From Elusimicrobiota bacterium (GTDB lineage Bacteria; Elusimicrobiota; Endomicrobiia; Endomicrobiales; JBDRNC01): a DNA stretch of 64,000 nt. The notes below the pieces were generated by a model. It was not told the origin of the DNA. It saw only the letters and a program-made list of their open reading frames with translations, and did not search any database. The stretch spans positions 17,459-81,458 of the forward strand of contig JBDRNC010000029.1 in the NCBI GenBank assembly GCA_043811535.1, in the 5' to 3' direction. Both the position numbers and the translations under genes were made by a program. Below, piece by piece: positions 29,599-40,115 of this stretch. How positions within the stretch are numbered: the first letter of the stretch is position 1; the number at the start of each line of letters is the position of its first letter.

Positions 29599-29925
29599 CT
29601 ACTTCCTGTTTCTATGGACTCCGGTAGTAGTAAAGTTGAATTCATAGTTCTTGTAATCTCTGTATTCGCTGAAATGCTCCGGGAAATGGTATGGATCCCT
29701 TTTCAGTATGTCTTCATCAGGCGGTGTTTGAATAATGGGAATGAAATGCCCGGTCCGTTCTTCGGGCAGGAAGGGCGCTTCATGCCTTAACCTGTGCGCC
29801 TCGAAAAAATATCCTCTCGTTTCAAGAAGGTCGGCTTTGCGCTCCGCCCTGGCCCTCGGATTGTAAGTGTAAGAGCATCCGGAAATCAGGATAATAGGAA
29901 TGAAAAGAAATAATAAGTATTTCAT
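29599..29925 (-). CDS. Hypothetical lipoprotein
   Basis: Lipobox ISGC after hydrophobic leader. Confidence 0.6.
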   Translation of the reverse strand: MKYLLFLFIPIILISGCSYTYNPRARAERKADLLETRGYFFEAHRLRHEAPFLPEERTGHFIPIIQTPPDEDILKRDPYHFPEHFSEYRDYKNYEFNFTTTGVHRNRK

Positions 29926-29934
29926 AAAGTTCTA

Positions 29935-29982
29935 AATCCCCTTTTAATTCCCCCTTTACTAAAGGGGGAAACAGGGGGATTT
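29935..29982. repeat. CCCCTTT-NN-AAAGGGG nested palindrome family; copies near 31275, 38688, 40675, 42011, 43615, 44690, 46818, 47360, 47594
   Basis: aaatccccttttaattccccctttactaaagggggaaacagggggattt. Confidence 0.85.
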
Positions 29983-30017
29983 GTCGTGTGTCGTGAGTAG
30001 TTACTAGATACGAGATA

Positions 30018-31259
30018 CTAGATACTAGATACCGCTTTTAAAGCAGTAGCCGCCGCCCAGTGGATATTGTACCCGCCGCACCCGCCGGTGTAATCCAGCA
30101 TCTCGCCGAGAATGAATATCCGCTTATGCAGTTTTGACTCAAACGTCTCCGGATTCACCTCACGGCAGTGCACCCCGCCCAGTGAAACCTGCGCGTCTTT
30201 GAATGACCGTGCCTTTGTGACCTGCATCGGGCAGCGCGTCAGCAGGCTGAACGCTTCTTTCAACTGCTTTTCATTGAGTTTTCCCTGGAACTGTTTTCCA
30301 AGGGAAGAAGCGTATTTAAGGAAGGCCTCGATAAATCTGACCTGAAGCGCGCCGCGAAAAACATCCGTGAAGGTTTTTGTGCCCGACGCCTGCCACGCGG
30401 AATGGAAAAATTCATATGTAAGCTCGTTTTTCGGAAGGAAACTGACATGAATCGTGACGGGGCCCTGTTCGAGCTCCATGGAAATCGTGTTGCTCGCGTA
30501 GAGGACGTTCGGCCCTGAGATGCCGTAATCCGTGAAAAGCAGTTCGCCCGTTCTCTTGAAGTCTTTGAAGGATATTTCCGTCTCTATTTTCATGCCGTCA
30601 AGCTCGCGGAACTCGCGGTGCGGAGTTTCAAGCGGGACTATTCCCGGCGTCTGGGGCATCACTGTATGTCCGAGCCCCTGCAGAAGCTTGAATACCGAGC
30701 CGTCAGTTCCGTACTGCGGGTATGCGCTGCCTCCGGAGGCAAAAACAACGGCATCCGCGAAAGCGGACAGCTTTGATTTTGACGCGGCATCGGTCCACAG
30801 AACCTCGTATTTCCCGTTTGCCTTGTCCGGCTTGACCTGGGTGGCTTCGGAATTCAGCTGCAGTTCGGCCGGGAAGCCTTTGAGCGTGTTCTCAAAAAAT
30901 TCCGCTATCGTGGCCGCCGAGTTCGTGTAGGGGAACAATCTTTTGTATTCGTCGGCCGAGGACGGTATGCCCTGCTTGTAGAAGAAACCCTGCAGGTTCA
31001 GCGAGCGCGCGGCCCGGAACGCTTTCTGGCTCCAGTCCTTCGCCGCCGAAAAGGAATAATACTGCTCTTCGCCCATCTCAAGGTTCGAGTAATTGCATCG
31101 CCCGTTGCCCGACACGCGGATCTTGCGGAAGATTTTCGGAGATTTTTCCAGCACGAGGACGTCCGGCTTTTCCTTCCCGACCCTGGAGTTCAGGAAACTG
31201 AGGAAAAACCCCGCCGCCGTCCCGCATCCGATGATAACAATATTATATTTGGATTTCAT
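30018..31259 (-). CDS. HI0933/BaiN family flavoprotein
   Basis: IIGCGTAA, KIRVSGNGRCN, ASGGSAYPQYGTDG, GELLFT.YGISGP, GEMLD..G.CGGYN. Confidence 0.9.
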   Translation of the reverse strand: MKSKYNIVIIGCGTAAGFFLSFLNSRVGKEKPDVLVLEKSPKIFRKIRVSGNGRCNYSNLEMGEEQYYSFSAAKDWSQKAFRAARSLNLQGFFYKQGIPSSADEYKRLFPYTNSAATIAEFFENTLKGFPAELQLNSEATQVKPDKANGKYEVLWTDAASKSKLSAFADAVVFASGGSAYPQYGTDGSVFKLLQGLGHTVMPQTPGIVPLETPHREFRELDGMKIETEISFKDFKRTGELLFTDYGISGPNVLYASNTISMELEQGPVTIHVSFLPKNELTYEFFHSAWQASGTKTFTDVFRGALQVRFIEAFLKYASSLGKQFQGKLNEKQLKEAFSLLTRCPMQVTKARSFKDAQVSLGGVHCREVNPETFESKLHKRIFILGEMLDYTGGCGGYNIHWAAATALKAVSSI

Positions 31260-31432
31260 GATTCCTATTACTATCCCCCTTTATAAAAGGCCGAAGGTCC
31301 CCTGTTGTGGGAGGGAATGAGGGGGATTTTTCAATAAGTAACTAGAGGGATTTATTAAATCTCCCCTGACCCCTTCCCCAGACTACACGGGGTCCAAAGA
31401 CTTACTTTAGTAAAGAGGGGGAATAAGAGGTA

Positions 31433-32428
31433 CTATTCCTCCTCCATCATCTGGTCGTAGAACGCGACATAATCGTCGGGAGTCGGGCCCGAGCGGAACT
31501 TTATCGCGTCGCGCGGGTGTTCGTTCATCTGCCCGGTTATCATGTACGGTATGGAATATCCCCAGTCGATTTCCTTTGAAAGGGGGAGGAAGATCTTTTG
31601 TATGCATTCCAGAACCGGTCGCTGGTCAAAGGCCGGGTTCCTCAGGAAACCAAGCAGCAGCTCAAGCGGGCAGTTGCCCGCGCCGCGGCCGAGCCCCATT
31701 ATCGTCGCGTCCAGCCGGTTGGCCCCGCAGACGATTGCCTCTATCGTGTTGGCATACGCGAGCATCTGGTTGTTGTGCGCGTGTATGCCCACCTGCTTGC
31801 CGGTTCCCTTGACAGCCGCAAGCATTTTATTCGTCAGGTCCCTTATCTGTTCCGAATACATCGCGCCGAAACTGTCCACAACGTAAATCGCGTCAACCGG
31901 AGTTTTGACGATGGCATTCAGCGCGTCGTCGAGGTCGGATTCCTTTACGACCGACACTGCCATAAGATTAAGTGTTGTCTCGTATCCCTTGTCATGCGCG
32001 TCCTTTACCATGTCTAACGCGGTGGGTATCTGGTGGATGTAGGTAGCGACACGGATACAGTCCAGAACGCTCTGTTTTTTGGGCAGGATATCGGTGTGGT
32101 ACTCGGTGCGCTCGGCGTCGGCCATCGCGCAGAGCTTTATTGATGTCTTGTTTTCGCCGACGATGCGGTGAAGGGCATCTTCGTCCGTAAATTTCCACGG
32201 CCCGTATTCGGAAGGGGAAAATATCTTTTTGTCGGCCTTGTAACCGAGTTCCATGTACTGGATACCGGCGGCCACGCAGGTTTTGTAGACGGCTTTGACA
32301 AACGCGTCGTCGAATTTGTGGTTGTTCATCAGCCCGCCGTCGCGGACAGTGCAGTCAACCACCTTGAGCTCGGGCCTGTACGTCACGAACGAGTCGCCTT
32401 CAGTTTTTTTAATTTCTTCAGTTGACAT
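31433..32428 (-). CDS. HMGL-like (DRE-TIM) aldolase-domain protein
   Basis: DCTVRDGG, VDSFG, GIHAHNN, GLGRGAGN. Confidence 0.88.
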   Translation of the reverse strand: MSTEEIKKTEGDSFVTYRPELKVVDCTVRDGGLMNNHKFDDAFVKAVYKTCVAAGIQYMELGYKADKKIFSPSEYGPWKFTDEDALHRIVGENKTSIKLCAMADAERTEYHTDILPKKQSVLDCIRVATYIHQIPTALDMVKDAHDKGYETTLNLMAVSVVKESDLDDALNAIVKTPVDAIYVVDSFGAMYSEQIRDLTNKMLAAVKGTGKQVGIHAHNNQMLAYANTIEAIVCGANRLDATIMGLGRGAGNCPLELLLGFLRNPAFDQRPVLECIQKIFLPLSKEIDWGYSIPYMITGQMNEHPRDAIKFRSGPTPDDYVAFYDQMMEEE

Positions 32429-32694
32429 TGAACCTCCAAATAAGCAGTATTACCTACATCCTCCCCCTTGCGGGATAGGGGGAAGCACAGTGTGCTTCCC
32501 CACTGGGACATCCGTAGATGGGGGTGCCCCGGAAAGAGGTGGGGAGTGTGAAAATATTCTTTTTCATCCCCATCCCGTCCTTCCCCTATCAAAGGGGAAG
32601 GAGAAAGTTAAAGACTCATTGCCCATCCCGGCCTTTCCCCATGAAAGAGAGAAGGTGAAAGGAAGGGAGTTGTTACAATTTTGCTTTTTTTCGT

Positions 32695-33873
32695 TCATTT
32701 AAACAGTTTTTGTAACGTAAAGAACGCCTTTTTCTTCACCACTTTATAATCTTGGGGCGAGGTGCCGTAAATGCCCACAATGCCGAACCATTCTTCGGCG
32801 TCTTTTTCATCGTGGTACTTCTTATCTATCTCTTTCGGCTCGTCCGACCACCCGTGGCCCCAAAAATCATGGTACTGAAAGACGATAGCGCCCGCCACGG
32901 GCCGGTTCGCCGTCATCATGTCGCGCCACATCCGCGAAAAGCCGTCCGCCTGGTCGTCTTCGGTGCACCCGCCGTAGCTGTAGTTCGGCGGCCCCTCTCT
33001 TTTTATCCCGGGAGCCGTGCTTATCCCGAACTCGCTGAACACAAGCGGCTTGTCCGGGAACTTTGCCCTCAGCCATTCTATGAATCCCTGGTAATCGCTG
33101 CCGGTCACAGAGCCCTTCTCCCCGCGGTACCAGCACCAGACCGAATAGGAATAGGCGTTAAAAGATATGTAATCCAGGAAATCCGTCCGCAGGAGCGGTT
33201 CCGTCGGCTGCATGTTGGAATACGTGATAAGATGCGTGACGCCGTAGGTTTCTTTCTCGTAAATCTTTACATAATCGCCCAATTGCGCCAGGAAACACTC
33301 GGTCGGCGTTGACCCCTTAAGCGCGCTTATGTACTCGCCCTTGTACTCGTCTATGCCGGCGTTGAGTTTATCGTTGTTCTTTACGCATTTTTCGGGTATT
33401 TCGTTGCCTAACGCGTACGAGATGACGATATCGGAGTAATCCACGCCGTTCAGATTGTGAAGTTTGTCTATATAATTTCTGAAAAAACCCTTCTGTTTTT
33501 CCAGAAATCCCGGAGTGTAGAAATTGTCCGCCCCCATCTCCCACCACAAAGTGTAGTAAATGTACAAGCCGTTCTTTTTTGCCTGCTCGCACACGACAGC
33601 CAGCGGCTCCCAGATCCTTATCGTGTTCATGTTGATGCTTTTTATATCTTTAATATCCTTTATAATCCTGTCCGCGACATCTTTCGGAAATGGCTTCACG
33701 GAATAGTACTCCCATTCCATCTCTCCCGGGTACGCGAAGCCGTAATTCACGCCCTTGATAATGAACTTCTTGCCGTTGAGGTATATGAAGTCCTTGTCAA
33801 CCGTGAAGACATTCGCGGCGAACAAAGGGGAAACAAGCAGAAGCGAAAAGATGAGTAAAAATATTTTTTTCAT
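32695..33873 (-). CDS. Secreted clan-A glycoside hydrolase (GH2-like TIM barrel)
   Basis: IKGVNY, NTIRIW, GNE acid/base, SEFG nucleophile, EEWFGIV. Confidence 0.82.
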   Translation of the reverse strand: MKKIFLLIFSLLLVSPLFAANVFTVDKDFIYLNGKKFIIKGVNYGFAYPGEMEWEYYSVKPFPKDVADRIIKDIKDIKSINMNTIRIWEPLAVVCEQAKKNGLYIYYTLWWEMGADNFYTPGFLEKQKGFFRNYIDKLHNLNGVDYSDIVISYALGNEIPEKCVKNNDKLNAGIDEYKGEYISALKGSTPTECFLAQLGDYVKIYEKETYGVTHLITYSNMQPTEPLLRTDFLDYISFNAYSYSVWCWYRGEKGSVTGSDYQGFIEWLRAKFPDKPLVFSEFGISTAPGIKREGPPNYSYGGCTEDDQADGFSRMWRDMMTANRPVAGAIVFQYHDFWGHGWSDEPKEIDKKYHDEKDAEEWFGIVGIYGTSPQDYKVVKKKAFFTLQKLFK

Positions 33874-34031
33874 TTGTTTATAATCCGTTTACCACTGCCC
33901 TCCCCTCTTGCAGGGGAGGGTGAGGGTGGGGAGTGTGAAAATATTCTTTTTCATCCCCATCCCAACCTTCCCCTGTCAAAGGGGAAGGAGATTGGAAGGG
34001 AGTTGATGTAATCTTGCAATCTTTCCAATCT

Positions 34032-35378
34032 TTAAATTGCCGTTATCCTCCGGCATTCAAGATAATACCGCTTTTCGTCGGCCTCGCCCATGGAGAACGT
34101 CTTCCTCGGGAGCGTCCCTTCAAGTATCACGGTCCTGAAAAGTTCGTTCTTATCCATCGCGGGCATCAAAAACCCGATATTGCCTTTCGCGTTGCTCAAC
34201 TTTTGAACGACATCGTTGCCGTGGATATAATCTATCTCGGTGCCCGGGTGCGCGGCGGCATAAGCGTCCAACCCGTCCTGCAGCGTGCCTACCGCCAGGT
34301 TGAATTTCGGATTCTTCACCGCCAGCACGCCCATTTTTCCCTGCGCTATGAAAGATATCGCGTGGCCCGCCCTGCTTTTAGGCCTTTTTCTCCTGATCGC
34401 GTCATGTATTTCAAAGGACGCCTTCATCCCGTTCTTCTCAAAATGCTCTGTCATCTCTTTCAGCATCTTCTCGCAGTCCACGTTGAACACTATCCTGTGT
34501 ATCGGCTCGAACTGCAGGCCTGAATCATGCACGTTGACCACCTCAACCATCGCGAACCTCCCCGGGTGGCCCGCGGTGTCCTTGGCGGAGAGCGTTTTCT
34601 TGATATTCTCCCAGTGCGTTTTCGCCGTTGCGAGCGAGTGGTTCCCGTCGCCCACCGCGAACAAAAGCACTCCCTTATCCGCGCCCGCGCCGTACTTCGC
34701 GCGGAACGCTTCCGGATCCGCCAGTTTTTCCAGCGCGGCGAGCGCGCCCGCCGCCTCTTGCTTGCCTGCCATGTAGCCCTTCAGATGGCCGCCGTTTTGC
34801 ATCAGGTCAAAATCATAAAGCAATTTCATCTTGTCGGCCTGTTTGCCCAGCGGTTCAATTACGGTTTTTTCCGGGTCGTCTATCAGGAGCATCGTATGCG
34901 ACAGTTCGATAGTGGCCTTTTCCCTGATCTTGAGCCGCGGGGGAATCCTCTCCACGACGGTCTTCTCGGTCGACCGTATAAGCGACTGGGAACCCTTGCT
35001 GAAATCGTATTTTTCAAGGTCAACCGTCAGCACTAATCCCTTGCGCGACTTAACGTGGGCGGTTTTCCTGTCAACGTATATGAAACAGGGCTCAAGCGGG
35101 GCCAGGACGCCGGATTCCAGATATTTTTTCATCGCGGCGTTGATACCGTTGATCCTTTCTTCCTTCTTTTTCTGGTCCTCGTTGAGGAAGGCCTCCGGGT
35201 ATATCAGATTCAGCGTGGACGGGCTCTTGCCCGCCGTCTTGGCGGCCGCGGCCCAGTACTCCGGCTGGGACGTGAATTGGTCGCACGCCACAACCGACCA
35301 CTTGGTCAGGTCATAACTCTTGCCGGGCAGAAGCATGACCGAAAGCTTCACGCCTGTTTTCTCGTTTAAATCGTCCAT
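34032..35378 (-). CDS. DUF1015 family protein
   Basis: WSVVACDQFTSQPEYW, GDGNHSLATAK, LPRKTFSMGEA.EKRYYLE. Confidence 0.88.
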   Translation of the reverse strand: MDDLNEKTGVKLSVMLLPGKSYDLTKWSVVACDQFTSQPEYWAAAAKTAGKSPSTLNLIYPEAFLNEDQKKKEERINGINAAMKKYLESGVLAPLEPCFIYVDRKTAHVKSRKGLVLTVDLEKYDFSKGSQSLIRSTEKTVVERIPPRLKIREKATIELSHTMLLIDDPEKTVIEPLGKQADKMKLLYDFDLMQNGGHLKGYMAGKQEAAGALAALEKLADPEAFRAKYGAGADKGVLLFAVGDGNHSLATAKTHWENIKKTLSAKDTAGHPGRFAMVEVVNVHDSGLQFEPIHRIVFNVDCEKMLKEMTEHFEKNGMKASFEIHDAIRRKRPKSRAGHAISFIAQGKMGVLAVKNPKFNLAVGTLQDGLDAYAAAHPGTEIDYIHGNDVVQKLSNAKGNIGFLMPAMDKNELFRTVILEGTLPRKTFSMGEADEKRYYLECRRITAI

Positions 35379-35534
35379 TTTTGGGTTCTCCGCGGATAGA
35401 ATAGTATTGAATATAATACTTTTTCTTGCGTATTAAATCAAGCAGGAACAGAGCGGATATGTATTTACTTTTGAATGGAAAATTTAATCGCGCGGCAGGA
35501 AAAAAAAGGGAGAAACCGGATCAACAGGAAGGAT

Positions 35535-36239
35535 TCAGCGCTTGAATAAGTAAGGATTCAGGATGTTTTTGATGTCTTCAAGGAGGATTTCGGCCTTGAC
35601 CACGCCGTTGGACTGCGGCGCGACCTCAAGCGGCTCAAAATAGAAGATAACGCGGTCCTTGTCCAGCGCGAAACGCCGGAAATTCTCTTTTTTCGGCCCG
35701 GCGCCCTTCAGAATCCAGTTAAGGTTGCTCCTGACATCCGGACTCTTGTTGATGCTGTCAACTGCGAGCGGCGAAATCCTGCTTATGTAATCCGCGCCGT
35801 CCTTGAAAATATTATAAAGCTGAAGTTCCATGTCCGTGAGCAGGTCAAAATTCTTCGTCACGACCCTATGGGCGCCGCGCTCCCCGCCGTAATAGTAGGA
35901 AAAATCCAGCATCACGCCCGCGAAGTTCACAAAATCCCCATACGCTTCATATGAAACGTCCAGCGTGCAGGTCAAGCCCTCGGCCGCGTGCATCGCGCTC
36001 TCATTTTTATAGATCTCTACGGTATCCTTTATTAGCTGCTTAATAGCTTTGTCCGCGAACCTGTTGCCAAACGCGGGGTACTTCCCGCGCGCGATAAAAC
36101 CTTCGGACCTCTGGTTCAGCTTCTTCTCGGAGACCTTTTTACTCTTCCGAAGCGGCGAAGCTTCTTCGGAAGAGGCAGGGCGGCAGAACACGGGAGAAAC
36201 CAGGAGAACCGATAAAAAGAGAATAAATAATTTATTCAT
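35535..36239 (-). CDS. Secreted DUF3298/RsiV-like protein
   Basis: YYGGERGAH, NFDL..LYNIF, F.P.EVAP.SNG. Confidence 0.75.
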   Translation of the reverse strand: MNKLFILFLSVLLVSPVFCRPASSEEASPLRKSKKVSEKKLNQRSEGFIARGKYPAFGNRFADKAIKQLIKDTVEIYKNESAMHAAEGLTCTLDVSYEAYGDFVNFAGVMLDFSYYYGGERGAHRVVTKNFDLLTDMELQLYNIFKDGADYISRISPLAVDSINKSPDVRSNLNWILKGAGPKKENFRRFALDKDRVIFYFEPLEVAPQSNGVVKAEILLEDIKNILNPYLFKR

Positions 36240-36349
36240 GTTTATAATCCGTTTACCACTGCCCTTCCCCTATCAAAGGGGAAGGAGATTGGAAGGGAGT
36301 TGCTATAATCTTTCAATCTTTCCAATTTTTAAATCTTGCAATGTCGTAA

Positions 36350-38617
36350 TTAAAAGCAAAGCCGCGCCAGCAAATACGACACTGTTGATTCCGCGCCCTG
36401 GTTCAGGTTGATGTATTTTTCTCCGAGGCCGTCAAAACAGCCGCCGTTCGTGCAGTCGTAAACTACCTGCTTGATAGTATTGTCGCCGAGAAACCAGCAG
36501 AACGCGCGGTTCATCAGCCGCTTGTAGCGCGGCTCGTTCAAAACCGCCAGCCCGGCCTGCAGGGCAAAGACCATCGCCTGCGCCTCTTCGGGCTGCTGAT
36601 CGTAAAAACTGCGTTTTCCGCCTTTCTGGCACCATCCGGCCTGCCCGATGGGCACGTAAATATCGTCTATAAAACTCTGCCTGATAAGAAAATCCAGCGC
36701 GGTCTTGCCGGTTTCCATGTACTTTTTTTCATTGGTAACCTGGTATGCCAGCAGCAGCGCTTCGGGCAGCAGCCCGTTGGAATAGGTAAGACTGCTTTCA
36801 AACCATTGCCACTCGGGAGAACTGCTCCCGTTGTACCATGACACCATCTTGTCGGCCATCCCCCTGATTACGGGCTCAATATCCCTGCCGTCCAGCAATT
36901 TCCCTTTCGCGTGCAGCAGGCACAGCGCCTTGATATAATACGCGTTCGCCCTGGGGGAATCAAATGAAATATCCTTTTCGAACTTGGCTTCAAAAATACC
37001 GAAGGCCTTGTCCCGCATATCCTGCGGGCACGCGCCGGTCGTGGCCGCGACAGCCAGCGCGAAAAGCGTCCTGCCGTTGGCGTCGTCCAGGGAATCTTTA
37101 CGGTTCAGTTCCTTGTTTATCGTCCTGTCGGAATCGACATAATTATGAAAACGGGAGCCGTCATCGGAAACGTGTTCGATGAAACGCATGTATATCCTGA
37201 TAAGCGAGAAAATGTCTCTCTTGCGCGGGGAAGAGTCGCCGAAGATTATCTCGTCCGCGGGTTTTCCGGCGCACTTGCACGCCACTATCAGCGCGCGGGC
37301 GTTATCGTCAATAGTATGCCCGGAAGAAGGGTCCGGGTTGGTCAATTTCGCGAACTGCACGATGCCGAAATCGTCCGTAAGATGGCTCATGTGTCCGAGG
37401 TTTATTTTGGGAATATTCTTCTGCTCGCTTATCGCGGAGAGTTTGGCGGCGTGTTTTGAAAAGCACTTCAGGTATTCTATCGCGACATTGGGCCATATCA
37501 TCTTGCGGGTCCTGAAATAGGCGTGCTTGCCCATCTGCATGCGCAGGTCGTCGTCGCCGAGTATCCTGTTGAGGGCGCCGGCGTAAGCGGCGGGATTCCT
37601 GAAATCAACAAGCATGCCCGTTTCGGGAGTGACGTCTTCCTTCGCCTGGGCGAACGCCGTCGAAACGACGGGCCTGCCGGTCCCGAGAGCGTAAGAAAGC
37701 GTCCCGGAAACGGACTGGTTCGGGTCGAGAGAAGTGGAAACATATATATCCGTCGCCTTGAGGAACTGCAGCAGCTCGTCAACCGAAAAATACCTGTTGT
37801 AGAACTTCACGAATCCGGAAAGCCCCAGCGCGCGCACTTTTTCTATCAGGGAATTCCTGTAGGATTCGCCGTCTTTCCTGAGTATGTTGGGGTGCGTTAC
37901 GCCGAATATTATGTATACAAGGTTTGGGAACTTCCTGACCACCTCAGGCAGGGCCTCAATGACGTATTCAAGCCCCTTGCCGGGGCCAAGCAGGCCGAAA
38001 GTGGAAAGCACGGTTTTATCAGGAAAGCCGAGCAGGGATTTCGCGAGCTTGCTTGAGGAATACATTCTCGGATGTATGCCGTGCGGTATCACCGATATTT
38101 TTCCGGCTTCCATGCCGTAATCATTTATCAGAATGTTTTTTGAATAGTTTGTCATCACCATGACGCCCTGCGCGTGTTCCGTGATGAGCCGGACCGCCCC
38201 GTGAAGCTTTTCGTTCGGCCCGGGCAGAACGCTGTGGAAGGTAAGCACGACGGGCTTGGTCACGGTTTTGAGAAAAGGAAGAAGGTTCAGGCCGTATTCC
38301 CCGCCGAATATCCCGAACTCGTGCTGGACATTGACGAGGCAAATCTCATCCATCGCGTTTATCTTTCCGGCGGTCCGCAGGTAATCGTCGGGGTTGTCCT
38401 GGCAGATCTGGGAAATGACTTTTTTCGGATATTTGAACGCGCTTACCTCATCGGTGTTCATCGCGATTATCTTTGATTTTACCGCGGGGTGCAGCAGCCC
38501 GTCCATCGCCGTGGTTATGTCGTCCGTAAACGTGGCGATGCCGCATTCCCTGGGCGGGAACGTGGAAACATATGCGATCCAGAGCTCATTCTGATGTTTT
38601 TGTTTGTTTTTATCCAT
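36350..38617 (-). CDS. GT4 glycosyltransferase fused to a glycosidase-like C-terminal domain
   Basis: STFPPRECGIATF, QHEFGIFGG, TFGLLGPGKGLE, SGTLSYA; TIDDNARAL, DQQPEE, NQGAEST; start reassigned. Confidence 0.88.
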   Translation of the reverse strand: MDKNKQKHQNELWIAYVSTFPPRECGIATFTDDITTAMDGLLHPAVKSKIIAMNTDEVSAFKYPKKVISQICQDNPDDYLRTAGKINAMDEICLVNVQHEFGIFGGEYGLNLLPFLKTVTKPVVLTFHSVLPGPNEKLHGAVRLITEHAQGVMVMTNYSKNILINDYGMEAGKISVIPHGIHPRMYSSSKLAKSLLGFPDKTVLSTFGLLGPGKGLEYVIEALPEVVRKFPNLVYIIFGVTHPNILRKDGESYRNSLIEKVRALGLSGFVKFYNRYFSVDELLQFLKATDIYVSTSLDPNQSVSGTLSYALGTGRPVVSTAFAQAKEDVTPETGMLVDFRNPAAYAGALNRILGDDDLRMQMGKHAYFRTRKMIWPNVAIEYLKCFSKHAAKLSAISEQKNIPKINLGHMSHLTDDFGIVQFAKLTNPDPSSGHTIDDNARALIVACKCAGKPADEIIFGDSSPRKRDIFSLIRIYMRFIEHVSDDGSRFHNYVDSDRTINKELNRKDSLDDANGRTLFALAVAATTGACPQDMRDKAFGIFEAKFEKDISFDSPRANAYYIKALCLLHAKGKLLDGRDIEPVIRGMADKMVSWYNGSSSPEWQWFESSLTYSNGLLPEALLLAYQVTNEKKYMETGKTALDFLIRQSFIDDIYVPIGQAGWCQKGGKRSFYDQQPEEAQAMVFALQAGLAVLNEPRYKRLMNRAFCWFLGDNTIKQVVYDCTNGGCFDGLGEKYINLNQGAESTVSYLLARLCF

Positions 38618-38853
38618 AATAATTTGCCGTTTGTCGTCATTGCGAGGAGGTCGCCGCGGCGGCCGACGAAGCAATCTCGTCTTTGAAAATCCCCTTTTCA
38701 TCCCCCATATTCCAGTCCCGAAGTGGCGAAACCAGTGCGGGACTGGCAGGGCGGCAGGGGAAAGAGGGGGATTTGCCGTTCAGTCGTTTATTCGTAATCT
38801 TGGAATCTTTAAATCTTGCAATGTCTTTACCAGATACTAGATACTGTCGTTAA

Positions 38854-39876
38854 CTAAGCGGGAGGACAGCTCTTGAGTTCAGTCAGCAGTTCTTTCAGGT
38901 CTACGGATTTTGCCGCTATCAGGCTGTCCGCGGCCCCGTAATATATGTAGAGCCTGCCGTTTTTTACCACCGCGCCCGAAGGGAACACTACATTATTCAC
39001 GTCCCCTGTTTTTTCCCATGGTTCCACGGGCGAAAACAGCGGGTAAGGGAGCCTGCCGATTATCTTGAACGGGTCGTTGATGTCCAGCAGCGCCGCCGCG
39101 GCGTGGTATATCCTCCCGCCGGGTATTTCCTCGACGGCGTGGTATATCAGCAGCCAGCCGTCCTCGGTTTCTATCGGAGGGCACCCGCCGCCTATGTTCC
39201 TGCTCTCGAACTTGTAGTGGGGGTTCATGATGACGTGGTCGCTCAGGTTCCTGAGATGGTCTTCCCAGTATCTTTTGTTAAGCTCTGAAAAATCGTTGAA
39301 AAGGGCGAGCTGGATGCCCGGAAGCACCCTGTGGATGAGCGCGAACTTTCCGTTTATCTTTTTGGGGAACAGAAAAACATCCTTTTCCCAGAGCACAAGA
39401 TCGTCGCCCTGCCTGTCCCTGATGTAGGCCTCAAAGAAAAAGTATCTTTCAATTAATTTTTTGGTGTTAAACAGGCGCGCCGCGTCAATGTAAGTGATGT
39501 TAGGCGAGATGATCCCGCGTTTTACGAAAGTTTTCAGGTCGGCGCTTGTCGCGTAAGCGAACAGCGCGTTCTTGCCGTCGTACACCGTGTAGAAAAGATA
39601 GTACGTGCCGTCAAGAAAAACTATCCGAGGGTCCTCTACTCCCCTGCGTTCGTAAAAGTATTCCGGAAAAAGCACGGGCTTGGCGTTCCTTTGGACAACC
39701 TTATTGTCAACCAGTCGGCAATAGCCTATGGATGAAACAAAATCCTTGTTGACTGCCCTGTAAAACATGTGCGTCGAGCCGTCAACCTCTATGCAGGCGG
39801 GGTTCAGCACGGCCTGGTTTTCAAAAGCCAGTTCTGTCTTTTCCAGAAGAATACCTTCGCTTTTAATTTTAATCAT
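38854..39876 (-). CDS. GH130 family glycosidase/phosphorylase
   Basis: VLNPAC, GVEDPRI, GGGCPPIET, GDVNNVVFPSG, YYGAAD. Confidence 0.88.
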   Translation of the reverse strand: MIKIKSEGILLEKTELAFENQAVLNPACIEVDGSTHMFYRAVNKDFVSSIGYCRLVDNKVVQRNAKPVLFPEYFYERRGVEDPRIVFLDGTYYLFYTVYDGKNALFAYATSADLKTFVKRGIISPNITYIDAARLFNTKKLIERYFFFEAYIRDRQGDDLVLWEKDVFLFPKKINGKFALIHRVLPGIQLALFNDFSELNKRYWEDHLRNLSDHVIMNPHYKFESRNIGGGCPPIETEDGWLLIYHAVEEIPGGRIYHAAAALLDINDPFKIIGRLPYPLFSPVEPWEKTGDVNNVVFPSGAVVKNGRLYIYYGAADSLIAAKSVDLKELLTELKSCPPA

Positions 39877-40115
39877 GAATGTCTGTTTTTCTCCTTGAGC
39901 GCATTAATATATCAGTTTAACAGGTGTTTATCATACCAATTTATGAAAAATTATGCCAGAAGAATGTCGTTGCCGTGTCAGCAACAGGGATTGCCACGTA
40001 TCCCGACTTCATCGGGACTCCATTGAAGAAGATAATGGAAGTCGCCTACGGGCTCGCAATGACGGCTTTGCCGTCAATTTGAAATAAATCTCAAAAAAGC
40101 GTATAATCGTCAAAT

